Assembly: GCF_026571515.1 (NCBI RefSeq)
Contig: NW_026866764.1
Coordinates: forward strand, 248,001-312,000
From: Ruditapes philippinarum
Lineage: Eukaryota
Reading direction: 5' to 3'
Length of the DNA: 64,000 nucleotides
In this document: positions 1-11,278 of the stretch, piece after piece
How positions within the stretch are numbered: the first letter of the stretch is position 1
Layout of the letters: every line of letters starts with the position of its first letter
Position numbers and translations under genes: made by a program
Notes under the pieces: generated by a model
The model's database searches: none
What the model was told of the DNA's origin: nothing
Seen by the model: only the letters and a program-made list of their open reading frames with translations

Positions 1-710
1 ACGCCTCAGGGCGTGGTTCGGCTATATTACTTGATGTGGGTCACGAGGTCTCCCACGTGCTTGCAATATATGAAGGATATAAATTTGAACACGCGATTGA
101 TCGCATGAATTTCGGTGGTAATGATTTGACGGACTACTTTTTACAAATGTTAAATGGCGAACGAGGTCATACTTTCACCTGCAAAAGCGACAAAGAAATA
201 GTTCGTAAGATAAAGGAATCAATAGGCTACACAGAACTAGATTTTGAGGAGAAAAATAATTGCACTGAGTACAACTACTCTTCTAGTGTCGAGAAAATAT
301 ATGAACTACCTGATGGGCGTAGGATTACAGTTGGGAACGAAAGGTTCCGGTGTACAGAGCCTCTTTTTCAACCACATTTACTCGGCAAAGATTTCCCAGG
401 ATTACATCAGTTCTTATATTCTAGCCTTATGAAATGTGATATTGACACCAGGGCGGATTTAATGTGCAACGTGATATTAACAGGCGGATGTACGATGTTC
501 ACGGGGCTGAGGGAAAGAATGTTAAAGGAATTGACGCATTTGATTCCAAAAACGATGAGGGTGCAGGTTATAGCACCGCCTGAAAGAAAGCTAAGTGTCT
601 GGATTGGAGGCTCAATTCTAGCTTCTTTATCTACGTTCCAAAATCTCGCCATTTCAAAAATGGATTATGAGGAAAATGGCCCCGGAGTTGTACATTTAAA
701 ATGTGTATGA
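1..710 (+). CDS. Highly divergent actin-family protein, C-terminal part (5' end outside window)
   Basis: The frame is open from position 3 (ASGRGSAILLDVGHEVSHV). Motifs [48 protein letters not shown] and GPGVVHLKCV* are present. It is a paralogue of 9069-10226. The ORF-track start at 36 is an internal GTG. Confidence 0.93.
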   Translation, partial: ASGRGSAILLDVGHEVSHVLAIYEGYKFEHAIDRMNFGGNDLTDYFLQMLNGERGHTFTCKSDKEIVRKIKESIGYTELDFEEKNNCTEYNYSSSVEKIYELPDGRRITVGNERFRCTEPLFQPHLLGKDFPGLHQFLYSSLMKCDIDTRADLMCNVILTGGCTMFTGLRERMLKELTHLIPKTMRVQVIAPPERKLSVWIGGSILASLSTFQNLAISKMDYEENGPGVVHLKCV

Positions 711-849
711 GTATATATAAATAGCTTGTTGTTTATTGTAAATGTCTATTAGCTGTTCCTTATTCACTTAACTTGTTTGTAAACTTAAGTTATATTGAAT
801 GTGTTCTATACACTTTGTAGACTATGTTTTCCAACTATTTTAATCTGGT

Positions 850-1110
850 CTTTTTAAGCCTGTCCATGTTAAACAAAACGTCGAGCTTTTATGATCACTG
901 CGTCGTCGTCGGGCAAAAACTTTATTGTATCCCATTATTCCAACATTTTTTAAGTTATCAACATGAAACTTAGAATACTAAAATTGCTTATATTGGTTAG
1001 ACAAGTGGCTTAATTCGGAAAGCTTTATTTTTTAGTTATGCTCATTTTAACCATTTTTTTTGTTCAAATAGACGATCGACAACACTGCATCAGCGCACAT
1101 ATTTTACGGT
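850..1110 (+). mobile_element. Degenerate Helentron-type non-autonomous (HINE-like) fragment
   Basis: T-run start, short (CGT)n microsatellite, then a CATGAAACTT core-like motif, resembling the layout of the 28650 element. Ends are not resolved. Confidence 0.35.
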
Positions 1111-1719
1111 TTCCACCAAATCATACTTCTTCCTGTCACAATTAAAATGCTGTTTTAATATTGGGCCGTATATATACGGTGATTTGCAATATGACATTGT
1201 TTAATTATTTTGCCATTCACCTTCTAGAGAATTTTCATTCTCAACAGGTTGAAATTTAATTAACATAATTTCGTTTAATTTATAACAAGAGCCGGGCAGT
1301 CTATTTATATATATCTGTTTTTTTCTCTACCAACTGCCGGCCAATCATCATTATAAGTCAATATTTTGAAATAAAATTTGAATTTTACTCAACTTGACAA
1401 TACGTATATAAGATAATGTAACTTTAACACAATCACGAGTTTCCGAGGATGCTTTGTGTTCATGTTGTGTTCGGACGGCTCTTAGTGTTTCAAGGGGTCC
1501 GAGGTTCATATATACTTAATTAACCCTATATACTGTCTGAGCTAAGACAAACGGGGTTTGTGCCTGCTTGCACTAAAATGTACATCGACCAGTATACATG
1601 TATTCAATATAATTTGTACATATAATTTATTAATTAATAAATAGTTAATTAAATAAAAGTATGAAATAATTATATTCCGAAATCATTCTTGTGTCATGAC
1701 CATAAATTTATGAAAGAAG

Positions 1720-1985
1720 GTTTTTCCGCCACTGAAAAGCAGCCACTGAAAAGCAGAGAGTATGGACTTTCCGCCGCTGAAGAGCAGGAATAAAATAGTA
1801 AAGTTTAAGGTTAATCCACCACTGAAGAGCGGAAAAAATGTGTAAAGCAAGAGCTTTCCTCCGCTGAAAAACAGAGAAATTAGTACAGTAAGACTTTCCG
1901 CCGCTGAAGAGCAGAGAAAAATGTTAAGTAAGCACCTTCCGCTGCTGAAGATCAAAGAAAATAGTAAAGTAAGTGTCTGCCGCTT
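1720..1985. repeat. Degenerate ~30-45 bp tandem repeat (core TTCCGCCGCTGAAGAGCAG)
   Basis: The core recurs about 7 times and explains the repetitive ORF 1683-2033 (FSGG motifs). Confidence 0.8.
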
Positions 1986-2851
1986 AATTTTGTGATATAA
2001 TGAATACAAAAGTCCACCAATTAAGTCATACATTTAGAAAATAAATGTAATAAAGATCGGTCAACAACCACTGCTATATCACATGAACGGGTTAAGGAAG
2101 ATATTACCAGAAAAGCATATATAACAAGAAAAATATTGCATACATTCGTATGTAATATAGGTACGATTGCATACTACTTTTTGTGAAGACTTTTTATGTT
2201 TGCTGCATTAAAGGTGTAATGTAAAATGAACAAACATGTCATGAGATATTTTATAATTATCTTTAAACATTTTCATGGAATGTAATTAATGTATCATCAT
2301 ATTAAAGTTGCATGCCTTCAGATGAGAAAAATGATTTCAAGGAAATCAAAATATGAAAAGAAAATTCACGGTCAAATGACTGCTTTGAAGCATAATCACA
2401 GAATAAAATTACAGGAAATTGAAAACCTTTTTAATACACTTAAGGTAGAATTTCATTGTAAGTCATAGTCACAGGTTTGAGATATGATTATTTATTCATA
2501 TTAACATCATTATTGGTTATATATTGATAAAAAAACCTCCGAAAGACACAGTTTGTAAATAATTATTACAATAAAATGAGAAAGGTATTTTCCATCCTAT
2601 GCGACGCGCCGAGGTTAGCTATATTTATAATTCCCGCGCTAAGTCGCGGTGGTGCTTGGGGATAATCACTTGATGCCATATTACGGCTGCATCATACGAA
2701 AATGCATGGCCCTCCTCGGACAATTTATCCTGCCGAAAAGATATGAACAAATACTTGCAATTCAAAGTTTGTTTGCTACATCAGTCGGTTATAAAAGCTC
2801 CTAGAGCTTATGTTGTAATGTTGAAAACTTGCCGACTTGAAATAAAACTTA

Positions 2852-2887
<36 letters not shown>

Positions 2888-2937
2888 TTTACTCTTTGCC
2901 TGATTGTAATAAAATTGATGTGTTTTCATTGGCTTAA

Positions 2938-3297
2938 ACCATCACGTTATCAATACACATAAAGGTGTGCACTAATTTCGTGTTCATTAAAATTAATCCG
3001 TTAATAGACATATAACGATCTTATTTACAAATGCATTGATAAAACAAAAATCCCAGAAGCATTTAAGATAATAACAATCATTGGAAAAAAATAAATGCAT
3101 ATAAATTGTAAATTTGTGTATGACAACTCACCCCCTTAACAAAACATAATAGACTCAACCAAAACAAGCGTCTGCTTCTTTACGTAACTATGTAGTTGCA
3201 TGACCATGATCAGCAATCGCGAACCAAATCTAAGAGCTAAAGCTATTGTAAAAATAATACTATGACCACAGCAGATTTCGTACAGAAAAAGATTACA
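2938..3297 (+). repeat. Dispersed ~360-bp repeat, copy 1
   Basis: Aligns in reverse complement with ~56885-57242 (e.g. ATTTAAGATAATAACAAT, AAAACATAATAGACTCAACC, GACCACAGCAGATTTCGTACAGAAAA). Confidence 0.85.
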
Positions 3298-3334
3298 GAA
3301 TATGCAAAACATAGAATAACAATGTACAAAACAA

Positions 3335-3900
3335 ATCCTGTTAGTGCTTATTTAGGGGCATCCACTGATGGAAATGTTAGTGACACTTATGACCACTAAA
3401 GTCTATCAGAATTAGTTTATGTCCAAAGAAGAACAGAAACTTGTTTTTCATATTTTATGCTCACAACCATGTTTGTGGCGTGTGGCGACCTTAAAATGGC
3501 TTGTTGTTATATTTTCACTTTCAAGGGATTGTTCGGCATTCAGTGTCCTGTTTCGTGTCCTGCTGGGATCCTTGCCAGTGGTCCTGTGTTGAAACATGCG
3601 TCCATTGAATGCCGCTCTTCCTTGTTAACTTTTTTTTCATATTTCACTGTAGGTGATGCTTCAGAAAATAATGATTTCTTTTTGGAAAATAGAAACGACC
3701 AACTTTATCGGCGACCAACTTTATCTGAAAAGAACACACTGCAGTGCTTTAACTGGTCAGATGGTAATATCTGGTTTAAACTGTAGTGACTGTGTTGTCT
3801 TTACAAATAAAGGAATCTTAATTTGTTGAGAATTTATTTTGACAAAATTGCCTGGTTTACATATATGTCAAAGACTCAAAATTCAGCAGTGCTATTTTGA
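3335..3900 (+). pseudogene. YqaJ/lambda-exonuclease-like gene remnant of the ISL2EU element
   Basis: Manual translation gives AYLGASTDGNVSD...E..CPK (3346-3430) and NDFFLENRNDQLYLKRTH...GQMVISGLNCSDCVVFTNKGILI..IYFDKIAW (3661-3855). These match the YqaJ motifs LGASPDG, EIKCP, LKRxH, QGQM and CDFVV. Stops, frameshifts and a 14-bp duplication are present. Confidence 0.75.
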
Positions 3901-5605
3901 AAGGATTGAGACAAAGTAGTATATATTTATATCATTCGGCAACAGCATCAAATAATCGATTCAGTTAAAATGATCGAATCTTGAAAATTTGACAAAAGGC
4001 AACAGTCAGTCCATATTTGGATGATGAGTCCTGCAGATTTAATACTCGATTTTCTGTCAAATATGTGAAAATTTCGTACTTTACTAATAGCTCGCTCTAC
4101 ATGACCACGATGGTGAGCAATTACTTGTGTATCCTGCACTTCTGCTGTCTGTAATCTCTTTCGTTTCCCTAGAATTGGTGGGCTTTTCAGGTTTAAGCCC
4201 AGTTCTTGAAGTTCATGTGCTACAGTAAAACCTTTATCAGCCATTATTGCATCACCTTCAACTAACTCTCCATTTTCTTTCTTCGTTTTCAAGAGGTCAA
4301 ACAGTCCACTGCGTTGACATATTTCTTTGTCAGAAATACTGCCAGTGTACAAGTGTGACACAAACATTATTCTTCCACGGCAATCAACACCTAGTAGACC
4401 TTTGAATGCATTGGCAGACTTATAATCAAAGTAAGTTTGGGACTTTGTGTAGGGAAGATGGCATTTCTATCTTAAGTTCTGTACAGTCGATTATCAACAT
4501 AACTTGCGGATATTGCTTTTTGAATTCGTTTGTCATATTTTTCAAAATTATGTCCCTATGTGGAAATATTTTCATAGAACCAAGTATAAGGAAAATCAAA
4601 TTGATCCAAGTTCTGAAAATTTTGCTCACAGTTGAAAGCGAGATGGTAAATCTGAATGCCAAATCTTTGTTGAATAATCCAAGTTTTAATTTCATTAACA
4701 TTAAAAATTCATCTTCTATGTGTTCTGATTGGCTTTGAATTTTCATCATCTGTGTCCTCGCTGTTACTGCCCTCATTAGAGGCAACATATTCAGCAACAC
4801 AAGTGTAAGATGCTGTTCTGCGCTTGTCCCAATATACTATGTTTTTTCTATCCTTATCAGATACAATAAATTCCAGAACCGATGAAAAAATGTATAATTA
4901 GAAAACACAGTATAAAAGTTTATCAAATTAAGACTTGGGTTGGAATTAAGAATAGTAACTATTGAATGACTGCAACTGTTGATATCAATTTGAGTCTCTG
5001 CATTTACCTTGTTCATATCAACTTGAATCTCTGCATGTACCCTGTTAAAATCAACCTGAGCCTCTGCATGTACCCTATATTCTCCCTCTGATGCCGTGTC
5101 AGTCTCGCTATCACCGTCACTATCTTCATCATATATCTTGTCAGGTATTTCCCGCATTGACAGTGATTTCCAGGTAAAAATTGATGGTATTGCGGATGTT
5201 GTTAGTCTCCTCCTTTCTGACTGTAGTCGGTAAAATCTGTTTCTAAGAAGTGCACTGAACAAATTTTACTACTGCTTGTGACAACAATGTCTTTATTTGT
5301 AAGTAATGATATGGATCGGCTGATTCTTTCCTTCCAAATCTAAAATGAGATACAGTGATATGCTAAATAATTATGCTAGTTGAATCATATTAAATTGTTG
5401 TTACATGTATTTAGTTTTCACATTTTCTTCTTGCATAAAAAATAATTTTGAGTCAAACAAATATTTATTAATATATAAAATACACTACATGTACTTTTAA
5501 ATCTCTTTTATTGAGATTTGAGAAATGAAATATCATTTTGTGTATTATATTTCCAGCAGAAGAAATTGTTTTACCTCCAAGAAATTATTCTTTCATACAA
5601 AAATG

Positions 5606-5982
5606 CACAGGGATAAGACGCTTTGATCTGATACCATCCCCTATCGCTAACCCCCTCCCCCAGTCCCAGTTACAACCCCAAAAATATCATTTCAAGTCAA
5701 TTTTCTCATTTACTATTCATAACTACAAAAATATGACACTATTACACGATTTTCATGTTCCCCTACAGTATTAGTACAAATTACACAATTTTTATAATAC
5801 CTTTATATTATTAGTATAACTAATACTATAGAAGTATAATGAACATTTGTAATAGTGTCATATTATTGTTTATTAATGTGGAAATTGACTTTAAATAATA
5901 TTTTTCGGGTTGTAACTGGGACTGAAGGGAAGGATGGGGTAGCGGTGGGGGATAATATCAGATCAAAGGTGTTATCCCTGTT
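5606..5982. mobile_element. Foldback MITE with CACAGGGA terminus and 8-bp TSD (P-element-like)
   Basis: Long imperfect TIRs (CAGGGATAA...TTATCCCTG). TSD CAAAAATG at 5598-5605 and 5983-5990. Confidence 0.85.
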
Positions 5983-6067
5983 CAAAAATGTACTATGGTT
6001 GGATTTTATTTACCTGTCAACTGCATACTCATTATATTAACATTGCACACAATTACAGTGTCCCGTT

Positions 6068-6222
6068 CACAGGGACCCAGCACAGTGTTGTGATAGTGTA
6101 AAAAAGTAATTCTAGAAAAAAATATGTACTGTATATAATATATGCAGTATACATTGTACATGTATATTTTTTTCTAGAATTACATTTTTTACACTATCCC
6201 AAAACTGTGCTGGGTCCCTGTG
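6068..6222. mobile_element. 155-bp palindromic MITE with CACAGGGA termini and 8-bp TSD (P-element-like)
   Basis: CACAGGGACCCAGCACAGT...ACTGTGCTGGGTCCCTGTG. TSD GTCCCGTT at 6060-6067 and 6223-6230. Confidence 0.9.
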
Positions 6223-6259
6223 GTCCCGTTAAGGCGATCGACGCATTTTAACGATAAAA

Positions 6260-6575
6260 TTGTATCTTTCTGTTGAAAATGTGTCAGGGTTAAATTGTAT
6301 ACATATTCATGCACAGTGCGTTTACTGGAGTGCAGGAATCAGTTACCCGCATTCCAGAGCATGCCCATTGATTAGCTCATTTTTTGCTGGGGTTAACATA
6401 TTGTGACGGCAGAGGAAGGGAAAGAGACAGAAATATCATATTCAGATGTTCGTTCATCGGTAGGGAGCGTGTTTTTTTATGTTTGACTATGATACAAAAG
6501 AGAAAGAACATCAAAACACTCGCCCCTCGTACAAATCAGATAGCCTCGTGTTTCGATGCTCTTTCTATTACTTAT
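6260..6575 (-). mobile_element. Hairpin-IR element family A, deleted copy (inverted relative to 6709-7098)
   Basis: Reverse-complement match to 6709-7076. Part of the hairpin and part of the right end are deleted. Confidence 0.8.
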
Positions 6576-6708
6576 ATAATTGTAGTATCCATCTCGTTTT
6601 CACCATCGTAGTACAGTATCGTGTTTTAGTCATTGTTGTTTCTCAATCGTGGTATCCGTGTAGACATTTTGCAAGCACCCGGTCATTTCATTTAAATACA
6701 AAGCAACA

Positions 6709-7098
6709 ATAAGTAATAGAAAGAGCACCGAAACACGAGGCTATCTGATTTGTACGAGGGGGCGTAGCCCCCGAGTATAAATCAGATTGCCGAGTGTTTT
6801 GGTGTTCTTTCTCTTTTGTATCATAGTCAAACATAAAAGCACGTTCCCTGTTGTCACAATATGAAACCCCGGCAAAAATGAACCAATGAACGAACATCTG
6901 AATATGACAGTTCGGTCGCTTTCCCTTTCTCTGCCGTCACAATATGTAAACCCCAGCAAAAATGAGCCAATCAATGGGCATGCTCTGGAGTGCGGGTAAC
7001 TAATACCCGCATTCCAGTTAACGCACTGTGCATGTATATGTATACGATTTAACCCTGACACATTTTCAACAGAAAGGTCTCCAAACTATGATACAAAG
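6709..7098 (+). mobile_element. Hairpin-IR element family A (putative non-autonomous Crypton)
   Basis: Hairpin 6718-6812 with a GGGGCGTAGCCCC apex and two CGAG/CGAG mismatches. IR TTTGTATCATAGT at 6815-6827 pairs with ACTATGATACAAA at 7085-7097. Confidence 0.8.
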
Positions 7099-7453
7099 AA
7101 AGAGTAACAATAGCTCTTGTATATCTATTTGGTTATCACGTAATCAACCGGCTGCTATTGTGGATGGTGTGACCTTTCGAAAACCTTAGTTATATATAGT
7201 TCTTCTGGAGTGGGAGTATTTAAATGACTGTAATACTGTATTCATGACAGGTCAATAAAATCAGACTTATGAGACTAAACATTGTAAGGTTACATTTTAA
7301 GGATAAATACAACATAAACTAACATTTTTTTTTGTTCTGTAGGGAATCCATGCATGGAAACATTTTCTGTGTATCCTGATGATTTACATCCAGGCACGCA
7401 ACAATACCACACAATATTTTTGCTAATTATTTTGGTATTTGTAGTGACATAAA

Positions 7454-7627
7454 CCGCCTCCGTGGTCGAGGGGTCGATGACACATCTCTGGCGTGGGTTC
7501 GATCCCCGGGAGATGCTTTGGTAGTTTAGCGCGGAGGAATGTAGTCGAGTACTGGTGTAACTCTCCAGGAACGATGGTTAGGAAACTACCCGCCTATATG
7601 ACTGAAAAGGCGTAAATGAAACAAACA
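7454..7627 (+). mobile_element. tRNA-derived SINE (same family as 22312 and 29320)
   Basis: Box A-like GTGGTCGAG, box B GGTTCGATCCC, and tail ATGACTGAAA...GGCGTAAATGAAACAAAC. Confidence 0.85.
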
Positions 7628-8659
7628 CGCTGGGCAGTGGTTACCTTGAATGGGTCACGTGACTGCCTTTGTCGATTAAGCTGCATGCTCTAAAGCTGAG
7701 TGCTCGAAATCGGGAACCAGTGGTGTACATATACTGTTGGTTACTCTATATATATCTAATTCATCTTTACAGCGTATAAATATCTGACATGTAGATCTAG
7801 TGTGTAAAGTAGAGTTTACTTATAAAGTACATATAATTATACATAACTTGTAAAAAAATGTGCTTGGTTTTAAGTATATGCGGAGAATGTTTTAAACGCA
7901 AACATCGGATACACGCAGTGATAAAGTAGAGGATAATCTGTAAGTATCTACATGCATTCTATGATTCTGTTTCGTGTTAACTGATAATTAGGTGATAATT
8001 TAATTAATGCTATTTATATAAACAGGAGTTAATTATTGACACGCTGGTAATTAAGGCTTAACCATGAAAGGTTGTTTGGATTTTTATAATGTTATAAACA
8101 AAAAGATTATATACATAGAGTCGAATTTATAAATGAGATTGATTTGATTAGTGATTACCTAATTAATTAATGCTTTCTTTTTTTAATGGCAGTGTAGCAG
8201 AATTTCTAACTGTAACGCTTTAAATTTGTTTAAAACGATATTTTTATTTATTTATCTTTTATGAAGAATGAATTAAGATGTGTGTTTTGGATGAACGTTA
8301 AATATTATATTATGTATTATTTATATCTGAATTATTAGTTATTATGTTAACCATTGGCGTGTCTCGCTGTAATACTATACTAATACTGTACCAAAGTCTA
8401 ACGTACGGAACTTGACCGGAAAGTTACATTCAGATAATAAATATAACTAATTAAATAACTTAACACATGATCTGGGCTATTCAAGTGTTGTTATTTTATC
8501 ATATACTTGTATAATAGCCTACCGTCGTGTCGGAAATGGCGTTCGCGAGAGCACTTCGTATATGTTTTGTGTGTAATTTCTTATCGCACATTCCAGAATA
8601 TTTACATATCTATTTGGGATCGGTAAAATAGAGAAAAAGAAAGCCCAACACGGCATAAC

Positions 8660-8767
8660 TGAAAATGTTGCAGGCTCGGTTTGATTCAGCCTGTTCATGG
8701 ACGGTACTGTTAAGTGCAAACTACCGCCCACGCCCCCTAGCACCGGCTTAAGCAGAATTCAACATTT
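8660..8767. repeat. Small dispersed MITE-like repeat (AATGTTG...CAACATT)
   Basis: Partial copies at 28276-28320, 41500-41586 and, inverted, ~39697-39716. Confidence 0.6.
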
Positions 8768-9068
8768 ACTATAAACTGGTACAATTTTGAATTTTGAAAC
8801 ATCCGCAGATGTATTCATTTGGCGGTCATCATGGAACCTTCAACTCAAGCATGGATTGTGAACAAGTGTATAGGTTACTGACCAAAACCCATAACTCGAA
8901 CAGGGATTTTCACTGAATTATTCCCATTTGCGAACATTATACATTCTATGCATTTGCAAGTGCGTTTTTCTACCCGAGAGCTCGTGCTTTTAATATTTGT
9001 TTCGTTTGCACGTGTTAGATGTATATTTCTATGGTGAATTTACATGTTTGTTTTAATATTGTAGTGTA

Positions 9069-10226
9069 ATGAGTGCCGACCACCACGTAGATGAAGGGAC
9101 GCCACCTGTTGTCATTGACAATGGTTCGTTTCGCTGCAAGGCAGGCTTTGCGGGAGATGATTATCCAAAGTACATATTTCCATCTCAGATTGGCAGACCA
9201 AACGACACGGAGAGTGACTCAATAGCAGCAGTTGATGTAAGGGATACATTTGTTGGAGAACAAATACAAAAGAAAAGAGATGTTCTGTCAATAACTTGTC
9301 CCATCGAGAGAGGCATTATTACCAACTGGGATGATATGGAGAAAATCTGGCAGCACGTTTTTCAAGAAGAACTACATGTTGAATCAGAAAACCATCCCGT
9401 GTTACTGTCTGACGTTCCTTTAAACCCAAAAACCCATCGCGAGAAGATGTGCGAAGTTATGTTTGAAACTTTCAAAACGCCAATGTTTTCTGTTTCTTTA
9501 GGGGGAGTTCTTGGCATTTACGCTTTAGGGCGTGTGTCTTCTATAATACTCGATGTGGGCCACGAAGTCTCGCATGTTCTCGCAATTTATGAGAGTTATA
9601 CATTTAAAAACGCAATCGATAAGTTAAATTTCGGCGGGAAAGATTTGACAGACTATATGCTGGAGATGTTGAATTCTAAAAGTGGTACCAGTTTTACGTC
9701 GAATTCTGAAAAAGAGACAGTTCGCGAGATTAAAGAAAAGTTATGCTACACGGCAATAGACTTTGAAAAAGAGATGGAGCGTTCTAATTCCGAGTCCGAC
9801 GCCATTGAACGAACATATAAACTGCCAGATGGAAGTAAGATAACAGTTGGAAGCGAAAGATTCCATTGTCCAGAGGCTCTTTTTCAACCGCACTTATTTA
9901 AAAAAGATTTTCCTGGACTTCATAAGTTTTTTCATTCAAGCCTAATGAAGTGTGATGTGGATGCAAGACCAGATTTAATGTGTAACATGATCTTATGCGG
10001 TGGATGCACGATGTTTCCAGGTGTGAAAGAAAGAATGCAGAAGGAAATGGTCGACCTGATTTCAAAAGATAAAAGAGTAAGAGTTATTGCCCCTCCCGAA
10101 AGGACGTTCAGTGTTTGGATCGGAGGCTCAATCCTAGCCGCTCTCTCATATTTCGGGACCAAAGCTGTGTCGAAAAAGGAATATGAAGAAAACGGCCCTG
10201 GAATTGTGCATTCCAAGTGTTTCTGA
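9069..10226 (+). CDS. Highly divergent actin-family protein (385 aa), intronless CDS
   Basis: VVIDNGS...[49 protein letters not shown] and GPGIVHSKCF*. A splice acceptor at 9063-9064 lies just before the ATG, with a possible 5'UTR donor GTAAGT at 7940. Confidence 0.96.
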   Translation: MSADHHVDEGTPPVVIDNGSFRCKAGFAGDDYPKYIFPSQIGRPNDTESDSIAAVDVRDTFVGEQIQKKRDVLSITCPIERGIITNWDDMEKIWQHVFQEELHVESENHPVLLSDVPLNPKTHREKMCEVMFETFKTPMFSVSLGGVLGIYALGRVSSIILDVGHEVSHVLAIYESYTFKNAIDKLNFGGKDLTDYMLEMLNSKSGTSFTSNSEKETVREIKEKLCYTAIDFEKEMERSNSESDAIERTYKLPDGSKITVGSERFHCPEALFQPHLFKKDFPGLHKFFHSSLMKCDVDARPDLMCNMILCGGCTMFPGVKERMQKEMVDLISKDKRVRVIAPPERTFSVWIGGSILAALSYFGTKAVSKKEYEENGPGIVHSKCF

Positions 10227-10933
10227 TTCATCGCTAGTCGACTAATTCGGAGTCAATATACAATGTATCTCAAATATGCAATACTTAATTATTTTTTTAA
10301 AAGCAATAGATATTTACGTGCTATAATTTTAATATAACAATATATTACTCATCACTATTTTTGGCAAGCAACAGATTGGAGTGTTTCCAACATGAAATTT
10401 TCAGTCAAGTGCAAATGAATAAAATCTTAATTTGAAACAGGTGAATGCCTTCGCTAGTAATATCCTAGCAATTTCTATGGGAGAAAATGCATAATTAAGT
10501 ACATTTGCACTTATATGTTACTTGAAAAGTTCAATCAGTCGGTTCTATAACAAAATACAAATAGAGATTAGTTGATTCATCGGTGACAAGCGGAGAAAGC
10601 CGAAGTAATTTTCGTATATGATAATATTACATATTTCTCAATGTAAGGAGTTATACGGAGTTATACGATTGCATTTTAGAAATAACTAACTTTTTTACCA
10701 TGTTTCTACGGAGTAATGGCCAATTCTACATATATAAACATTTAAAAGTTGATTTCTGTGAAAAGTAAGTGCGTTACTTTAACTTAAACCATATTATTGT
10801 ACACTTGACAACATGTTTGGATGAATTAAATATTTTTTTCTTCAAGGCATTAATTATATTCTAATCTAGAGGCGCATGGCTTTAATATTAGCACTGTTTT
10901 TACTTCAAGTATGAAATTATTCCTAACAGTTAA

Positions 10934-11276
10934 AGCTGCATGCCTCCGGGTGAGATAAAATAATTCAAGAAAATCAAACTTAATAAAAATGTAGTGAGGT
11001 TTAAAGAAATGTAAAAAGATTCAAGATAAAAGTAATAATTCTAATTAATGTGCCATTTATGATCGAATTTGCAGTATTTTTCACCATATTTCGCCTGGGT
11101 TAATAACGCAGTAAGGGCTTTTTTGTATACTTTGGCAAAATACATGTAGGCATATTGTAAACGCTGTTTGCAATATGTACCGTTAAATCATTTTTTGTTC
11201 ACTTCACATTATTTTTCTTTTTTATACATTTTCAAAATTTTCACGAAAACTAACAGGAATCTGGAGGCATGCTGCT
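10934..11276. mobile_element. Kolobok-like MITE (TTAA target, AG...CT termini)
   Basis: TTAA|AGCTGCATGCCTCCGG ... CTGGAGGCATGCTGCT|TTAT. A related left end is at ~2302-2360. Confidence 0.7.
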
Positions 11277-11278
11277 TT

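Larger units (their letters stand above)
3948..7412 (-). mobile_element. Decayed ISL2EU (PIF/Harbinger-related) transposase gene: THAP + HTH + DDE_Tnp_4
   Basis: Exon 1 (~7412-7324) reads WYCCVPGCKSSGYTENVSMHGFP. After the acceptor at 5341-5340: IWKERISR...KICSVHFLETDF...RRRLTTSAIPSIF (THAP). Then EFLMLMKLKLGLFNKDLAFRFTIS (HTH), IIDCTELKIEMPSSL, YKSANAFKGLLG, SISDKEI, IMADKGF and HVERAI (DDE). Several frameshifts. Confidence 0.9.

Noticed and set aside
1683-2033. 116-aa membrane-like ORF
   Set aside because: It is a translation of a degenerate tandem repeat.
6384-7061. Paired similar ORFs on opposite strands (MFDYDTKEKEHQNTR)
   Set aside because: They arise from the inverted duplicate non-coding elements.
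2302-7690. Kolobok-like TTAA-AG(C/T)TGCATGC ends as termini of the THAP transposon
   Set aside because: The motifs at ~2302 and ~7677 are in the same orientation and match the separate 10934 MITE. The DDE type and YqaJ partner indicate ISL2EU, whose true TIRs I could not find.
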